A stretch of 32,000 nucleotides of DNA from Candidatus Thorarchaeota archaeon (GTDB taxonomy: Archaea; Asgardarchaeota; Thorarchaeia; Thorarchaeales; Thorarchaeaceae). Shown piece after piece: positions 26,600 to 32,000 of the stretch (position 1 is its first letter; every line of letters begins with the position of its first letter). The stretch is from contig SHMX01000003.1 of the NCBI GenBank assembly GCA_008080745.1, forward strand, positions 30,001 to 62,000. Direction: 5' to 3'. A program made the position numbers and the translations under genes. A model generated the notes under the pieces. That model was not told the origin of the DNA, made no database searches, and saw only the letters and a program-made list of their open reading frames with translations.

Positions 26600-28396
26600 A
26601 TGTCAAGAATTAGAGTATTGGACGATGCCCTCGTGACATTAATTGCTGCAGGAGAAGTAATTGAAAATCCAGCTTCGGTTGTCAAAGAACTGATAGAGAA
26701 CTCTCTTGACGCTGGTGCAACCCACATCGATGTAAATATTCGTGGTGGGGGTATCGATAGTATCGTGGTTTCGGATAATGGTTCAGGAATATTGAAAGAG
26801 GACGTGCCTATCTGTGTTCTAAGACATTCAACTAGTAAAATATCCAAACGAGCTGATCTTGATGCGATAATGACTTACGGATTTCGCGGTGAAGCTCTAG
26901 CAACAATGACTGCAGTTGCGGATGTAAAAATTACTACTCGTCATAGAAGCGAAGAGATTGGTTCCCAACTTGTAGCACGGATTGGAGCAGATGTTTCTGT
27001 GACCCCGTCTAATCGATCGACAGGTACACGTGTAGAGGTTACAGACTTGTTCTCACGGGTTCCTGCACGGAGAAAACATCTTGGTTCGGAAAGAGTCGAA
27101 GGTCAACGGGTTCATGAAGTTATGATAAAACATGCAATTGTGAGAAATGACGTTGGATTTCGATTAATACGAGATGGAGAAGTCATTCTTGACTGTCCCG
27201 AGGGTCAGAGCGCAAGAGAAAGAGTTGCACTGTTATGGGGTAGTGATGTAGCAAAGAATCTGGTTGAGGTTAGATATAGGGAAGACCAGATTCAGATAAC
27301 GGGATTTATCGTTCGGCCTCCCGTTTCTAGAGGAAATCGTGGAAGAGAATATTTCTCAGTCCTAAAGCGTCCCATAGAAGATCAGAGACTTAGTAAGGCA
27401 GTTGAGAGCGCATATTCAACTCTGCTTATGTCAGGCCGATTTCCTATCTGTTCATTGGATATATCTCCACCCATATCTCATGTAGACGCTAACGTGCATC
27501 CTGCAAAAAGAGAGGTTCGTATCCAAAACATAGACGAGCTTGTTAGCACAGTCCGCCGAGCTGTGAAACTTGCACTCGAGTTGGAAACACCACCTGAAGT
27601 GACCGATACTCTTGACGCGTTTGTGGATGAAGAAACAGTACCCTATCGATATGATAGACAACCTTTCGAAACCACTGAGAGATATGAAGATACGTTGATA
27701 GAACAACAAAGTTTTGGACAAATAGATTCAACAGCTGATATTCTTCATCTGGAAGAAATTGGAGGCGTCTTTAGAGTAATTGGTCAAATTATGGAGGTTT
27801 ACTTACTCCTAGAATTTGATGAAGCACTAGTAGTTATAGATCAACATGCAGCTCATGAACGTGTGCTTTACGAAATTTTGAGAAAGCAAGTAAACGAGGG
27901 AAAAACTGCAGTGCAAGAACTGCTAGAACCAATTGTACTACATTTGGATACTAGTGATGTTGAGAGAATATTGGAGCTTGCTGATGTTTTGGAAGACATT
28001 GGATACTCTGTAAGCAGTTTTGGAGGAAACGAGATTCTTGTATCAAGTCTTCCTGAAATTCTTGGAAAACGTGCGAATGAGGATGAGCTGATTTCATTGG
28101 TTGACAGGATACTAGATATTGGAGAAGATGTAACAGAGAAATTTATGGATGATTTACTTCGAGTAACAGCATGTCACTCGGCAATACGAGCAGGACAGAC
28201 TTTGAGTAATAGCGAGATTCGAAAACTCCTCCTAGAGCTGTCAAAGACACCAAATCGGTATAATTGTGCTCACGGAAGACCAACAATCCTGCGAATTGAT
28301 AGAGAGGAATTAGACAGAAGATTTGGAAGAACTGGAGTAGCCTATTTCAAGCGGTACAAAGCCAGACATGGCATCAAAGATGATTTGGATTTATAA
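26600..28396 (+). CDS. mutL: DNA mismatch repair endonuclease MutL
   Basis: GEVIENPASVVKELIENSLDAGA, DNGSGI, GFRGEAL, DANVHPAKREV; C-terminal DQHAAHERVLYE, ACHSA, CAHGRP. Confidence 0.97.
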   Translation: MSRIRVLDDALVTLIAAGEVIENPASVVKELIENSLDAGATHIDVNIRGGGIDSIVVSDNGSGILKEDVPICVLRHSTSKISKRADLDAIMTYGFRGEALATMTAVADVKITTRHRSEEIGSQLVARIGADVSVTPSNRSTGTRVEVTDLFSRVPARRKHLGSERVEGQRVHEVMIKHAIVRNDVGFRLIRDGEVILDCPEGQSARERVALLWGSDVAKNLVEVRYREDQIQITGFIVRPPVSRGNRGREYFSVLKRPIEDQRLSKAVESAYSTLLMSGRFPICSLDISPPISHVDANVHPAKREVRIQNIDELVSTVRRAVKLALELETPPEVTDTLDAFVDEETVPYRYDRQPFETTERYEDTLIEQQSFGQIDSTADILHLEEIGGVFRVIGQIMEVYLLLEFDEALVVIDQHAAHERVLYEILRKQVNEGKTAVQELLEPIVLHLDTSDVERILELADVLEDIGYSVSSFGGNEILVSSLPEILGKRANEDELISLVDRILDIGEDVTEKFMDDLLRVTACHSAIRAGQTLSNSEIRKLLLELSKTPNRYNCAHGRPTILRIDREELDRRFGRTGVAYFKRYKARHGIKDDLDL

Positions 28397-28441
28397 AAAA
28401 GTATGAAGTAGAGAAAATCTCTACATTCATATCATCGAAGA

Positions 28442-29311
28442 TTAGTCCTTCTCGCCACTTCGTTTGTCCCGTACCTTGTCCATAAATTCTGCAGTGATAA
28501 CGGTGACACCCTCTTTTTTAGCCTCCTCAACAACACCAGCAAAAACACGTTTCAAAAATATTCGCGGCACACTAACAAGTTTAGCAGCAGCCTCCTCTGT
28601 CCACTGGACACTTGGATCAAATCTCTTTGCGGCGAACATAATCGAATTAACATTAGTATCGTGACGGTCTGTTATCTGGACTTTATAGGGTTTATTAGCC
28701 TCGGTAAACCAGAAATATATGTTATCTCGAAAACCATAATCAATTGGAAGTTTGGGAAATTTCTTTGCTTCCATACCATGAATGATTGCTTCTCGGTAAT
28801 CCTTCTGTAGATATATCTCATCTACTCGCAGAAGGAAGTGATTGCACTCGGGAGTTACTTCTAATGGAAAACTATCATCCCACGTGCACTCCATAATTTG
28901 AACAGACTCCTTCACAACTTCAGGATATTCGATACCACTTTTCTTTTCTTTACGCATCGAAGGAATTAGACTGAAAATACTATGCTTCATTTTCTCCTCT
29001 GTTGACTCACCTGGCCAACCAAGTTCAACACAACACTCCATGTACTTTTTATCATCTGGAATGAAATTCAAAGCACATACACCGGTTCTCCGGATGTTCT
29101 CAGCTGTATTGCTTGTTGATCTGGAAATAAACATCATCGCGTGTTCTCCAGGTTCACCTGCAATAATATGTGGAAAGACAAGAGAATAAGGACCAAGATT
29201 GGTCATTCCTGATTCTGAAACAGTGCTTACCAATACAACAGGCATTGGAAAGAAAGAGCTAGTCTGATAGAAATTATCAAGTATGCGTATTGATTCAAAG
29301 TCTGCGGTCAT
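28442..29311 (-). CDS. Flavin-reductase-like (FMN split-barrel) protein with C-terminal PCP_red-like helical domain
   Basis: PVVLVSTV....TNLGPYS, TAENIRRTGVCALNF; C-terminal WTEEAAAKLVSVPRIFLKRV...AKKEGVTVITAEFM. Confidence 0.75.
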   Translation of the reverse strand: MTADFESIRILDNFYQTSSFFPMPVVLVSTVSESGMTNLGPYSLVFPHIIAGEPGEHAMMFISRSTSNTAENIRRTGVCALNFIPDDKKYMECCVELGWPGESTEEKMKHSIFSLIPSMRKEKKSGIEYPEVVKESVQIMECTWDDSFPLEVTPECNHFLLRVDEIYLQKDYREAIIHGMEAKKFPKLPIDYGFRDNIYFWFTEANKPYKVQITDRHDTNVNSIMFAAKRFDPSVQWTEEAAAKLVSVPRIFLKRVFAGVVEEAKKEGVTVITAEFMDKVRDKRSGEKD

Positions 29312-29470
29312 AGTCCTTTATCGATACATACTGTCTTTTTTACCCTCTTGAAGATTAGAATGTTTTCTAATAATTTAATAATAATTGTGTGAATATTCTA
29401 TCGAAGAATAGTAAGAGTGGAGTATTGCGTTGTCTGATGTTTTCTTAAGGACAATCAAGAGGGAGGAGTC

Positions 29471-30400
29471 ATGAATGCTGAATCCCCTAGAAAAAATAAG
29501 TTGGCTTTCAATACCATAGTATTTCCAAATACTTCATCTGAAAATGATGCAGTTCTGTTGGCTAAGAGTATCAGAAAGAATGGAGGTAATCTCTCTGAGT
29601 TTCAAATTAGAATGTTTCAGCCAGCTATCAGTAAAGAGGTATCCCTCGATGCCAAAAGGCATCTAAAAGAGCTTGATGTGGATATCATTCAATTCAAAAT
29701 TAAGAATGAGAAGTTGACATTCCCATTCATGTCAGAGGCAATCGCAATGGCTGAAGCTGAAAAGTTGGGACTTAATGACTCAGAACAGATTGTGTGGTTA
29801 GCGAGGAATTCAGTAATCATCAGGGAACCGGTAGAACTTCTACTAAGAGAAAAAGAACAGTTACGATATAGACCCGTTCATCATATACTCATAGGATCAC
29901 GGTATAACGAAGACAAAGATGCTTTTTGGAATTTAGTATATCAATCTTGTCGGATAGATGATGACCAGATATTTCCCATGAGGACTCACATCGATAATAT
30001 AGAGATACGACCATATTTCAATGCGGGATGTCTGGTTACAAGGCCGGAATCGGGTATATTCCAAAAATACTTGAACAATTTTCAGCGAGAATATTTGCGA
30101 GATGATTTCAAAAGATTCTACCAGAAGAATGAACTATACATGATATTTATTCACCAAGCAATTCTCTCTGGAACGATAATATCAACCGTTCAGAAAGATA
30201 TGATGGTAGAGTTACCTAGCTCATACAATTACCCAGTTCATTTACACAATGATGACAGGACGGAAAACCGTCCCAGAGTTCTTGACGATATTGTAACATT
30301 CCGACATGAAGGATTTCATCAAGAAAGTGATTGGATGGATAAGATGCCAGCTTCAAGAGGATTAAAGAAATGGTTGAGTGATAGTCTAGTTCATAGATAA
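29471..30400 (+). CDS. GT-A fold glycosyltransferase-like protein (GT8-like)
   Basis: PYFNAGCLVTRP, DQAILS-like HQAILS, LPSSYNYP; the expected DxD position reads WLARNS. Confidence 0.6.
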   Translation: MNAESPRKNKLAFNTIVFPNTSSENDAVLLAKSIRKNGGNLSEFQIRMFQPAISKEVSLDAKRHLKELDVDIIQFKIKNEKLTFPFMSEAIAMAEAEKLGLNDSEQIVWLARNSVIIREPVELLLREKEQLRYRPVHHILIGSRYNEDKDAFWNLVYQSCRIDDDQIFPMRTHIDNIEIRPYFNAGCLVTRPESGIFQKYLNNFQREYLRDDFKRFYQKNELYMIFIHQAILSGTIISTVQKDMMVELPSSYNYPVHLHNDDRTENRPRVLDDIVTFRHEGFHQESDWMDKMPASRGLKKWLSDSLVHR

Positions 30401-30595
30401 ATCACATCAGATTCTCGCAAGGTGTAGATAAATTGTTACATTGGAATAGAGTCCGAAGTTTAGACCAGCTACACCTACTCGATTATCCTTTAGTTTGGCA
30501 TTAAGTATTCTTTCTGCGACAGAATGATCATCTATGATTAGGAGCTTATTTTCCGATACAAAATCATGGTTGGAATTCTAAAATCTGGAATATGT

Positions 30596-30973
30596 CTAAG
30601 AGGTTTCAGATTCCTCTTGCATCTTAGCCCGGACCATATCTATCAGTTCATCAACAGAAGACACGCTGTTCATCTTTTCAGCTGAAATGAAATAGGAAAG
30701 CTTTCCATTCTTCAGCAAAAAGGCAGAAGGAAAAGAAGGATTATCAAAGTTGTGTCTATTATTGAACTCGTCCTTATGCAAAATCTCCACAGAGATGTCC
30801 AAGGAGTCAAGGAAACTCTTCCATTCACTTATCATACCTGTATTGTTGTAGGTGACTGCACAGAGATTGCACTGATAGGTATCCGGAGAAATTAACCTAT
30901 GAAAGAAATCCTTGGTAGCATTCAGAATCCCACTATCAGCGTTATAAACGAAAATGATTTTCGAATTTGGCAT
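30596..30973 (-). CDS. Conserved-looking hypothetical protein with CxxC motif
   Basis: IIFVYNADSG...YQCNLCAVTY...WKSFL; start reassigned to ATG 30973 (MPNSK). Confidence 0.7.
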   Translation of the reverse strand: MPNSKIIFVYNADSGILNATKDFFHRLISPDTYQCNLCAVTYNNTGMISEWKSFLDSLDISVEILHKDEFNNRHNFDNPSFPSAFLLKNGKLSYFISAEKMNSVSSVDELIDMVRAKMQEESETS

Positions 30974-31096
30974 GGTAAAAGATAGGGAGAAACCTATTTG
31001 AATAAATGCTTTGAAGATATTCCATATAGATAACCTCCATCTTGTAGAAAATGACATCATTAGTTGACATAAAGTTCCAAAGGAAAATGAAATTCT

Positions 31097-32000
31097 ATGG
31101 TAAGAGAACTTCTATGGATAGATAAAGATCGAAGACTCAACGAACTAGAGATTCCAGATACTCTATTAGAACTTGATTTAGAACATATGGAAATCATGGA
31201 GATAGACCTTGAGCCATTGAGAGGTCTAGAAAATCTGGAAATGATCAACCTATCAAATAATCCAATAGAGTATATAGACCTTGAAGCCATAGCAGAATGT
31301 CCCAGCTTAAAAGCGCTAAAGCTCGCATATACCAACCTGGACAAGATTGATCTGTTACCATTTAAAGAAAATACCGAGTTGGAGGTATTTGACATCAAAT
31401 ATACAGATGTCAGCGAATTGGATCTTACCGCATTTTCAAATTGTACAAAACTGAGAGAACTACGTCTTGAATTTACCGAAATTCACAATCTTGATTTAGC
31501 ACCTTTAGTTCATTGTAAAAATTTGGAGTTCTTTTCAATAACATCACCAGAGGTTCTAGATTTTACGGTTTTTGCAGGACGTGATAAGCTGAGCGTTCCT
31601 GACACAGACTTTGTAGGTGACCCTCCGCATCTTGTCACATTTATTGGAGAAGAGCATTATCCCAATCTATCCCGTCGTGATATCAATTCTCATTTTCCAG
31701 TAATTTTTACTAGTCTTGATGTTATTGTAGAGATTCTTCCTCTTATCCAGAACCAAACTGAAACTTGGAAGTATATTCATCTATTTTGGAATATATGCAG
31801 ACTTACGGGTTTGGGTATGCTAGGCTTAGTTGAAGCTGACTTCGAACTGATATCTGATATGATAGGAGCTCGTGATTCACCAGATGCTCTCAGAGAAATT
31901 GTACTAGACAAGGTTCTGAACCATCTTGATAAAGGAGGAACAACATTGGGTTTAGACCTAGATTCTGCTTTGAAATATTCAGAAATCGCAATAAGAACGC
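31097..32000 (+). CDS. Leucine-rich repeat protein (IDLxPL type), 3' partial; absent from the ORF track
   Basis: Hand translation from ATG 31097 is open to the window end: MVRELLW...EIDLEPLRGLENLEMINLSNNPIEYIDLEAIAECPSLKALKLAYTNLDKIDLLPF...LDLAPLVHCKNLE...GGTTLGLDL (about 22-aa LRRs). Confidence 0.9.
   Translation, partial: MVRELLWIDKDRRLNELEIPDTLLELDLEHMEIMEIDLEPLRGLENLEMINLSNNPIEYIDLEAIAECPSLKALKLAYTNLDKIDLLPFKENTELEVFDIKYTDVSELDLTAFSNCTKLRELRLEFTEIHNLDLAPLVHCKNLEFFSITSPEVLDFTVFAGRDKLSVPDTDFVGDPPHLVTFIGEEHYPNLSRRDINSHFPVIFTSLDVIVEILPLIQNQTETWKYIHLFWNICRLTGLGMLGLVEADFELISDMIGARDSPDALREIVLDKVLNHLDKGGTTLGLDLDSALKYSEIAIRT

Noticed and set aside
30407-30577. Start-less minus frame containing KLLIIDDHSVAERIL, resembling a receiver-domain N-terminus
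   Set aside because: Only 56 codons, no start, and no phospho-acceptor Asp or Lys motifs; the match could be chance.
31060-31398. 112-aa minus-strand ORF
   Set aside because: Antisense shadow of the plus-strand LRR gene.
1-32000. CRISPR array, tRNA, rRNA, integrase or prophage genes; the remaining short overlapping ORFs in the track
   Set aside because: No spaced direct repeats, cloverleaf or rRNA-like sequence, or phage hallmark genes were seen. The short ORFs overlap well-supported genes on the opposite strand or in another frame.

Overview
Archaeal chromosomal window, inferred to be from an Asgard archaeon and most consistent with Thorarchaeia. The basis is a TPR protein with a C-terminal longin-like domain, an 'IDLxPL' leucine-rich-repeat protein, a DUF2341/Ig-like surface protein with a Thr-rich linker and TM anchor, and an archaeal-type geranylgeranyl reductase. 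Housekeeping-type content: bacterial-type MutS and MutL, a non-oxidative pentose phosphate operon (rpe, split transketolase, transaldolase), an amidohydrolase and a sensor kinase. Two regions stand out. (1) 6.1-13.4 kb is a redox/quinone locus. A VAO/GlcD-fold flavoprotein lacking the usual hydroxyacid-binding motifs is fused in frame to a complete complex I NuoB domain with all four N2 Cys. It lies divergent to a 2x[4Fe-4S]/CCG (GlpC/HdrD-like) protein, upstream of a 4-TM protein, and next to MenA, a probable long-chain polyprenyl synthase and a GGR. (2) 17.4-18.2 kb is a decayed paralogue of the neighbouring surface-protein gene, interrupted at a GG dinucleotide by a 313-bp internally deleted IS607-family element missed by the ORF track. 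The element keeps both ends, a relic of the tnpA 5' end and the tnpB 3' end/omegaRNA scaffold; excising it in silico restores the host reading frame. No CRISPR array, tRNA or rRNA was seen. All family assignments come from motif recognition by eye, with no database searches.
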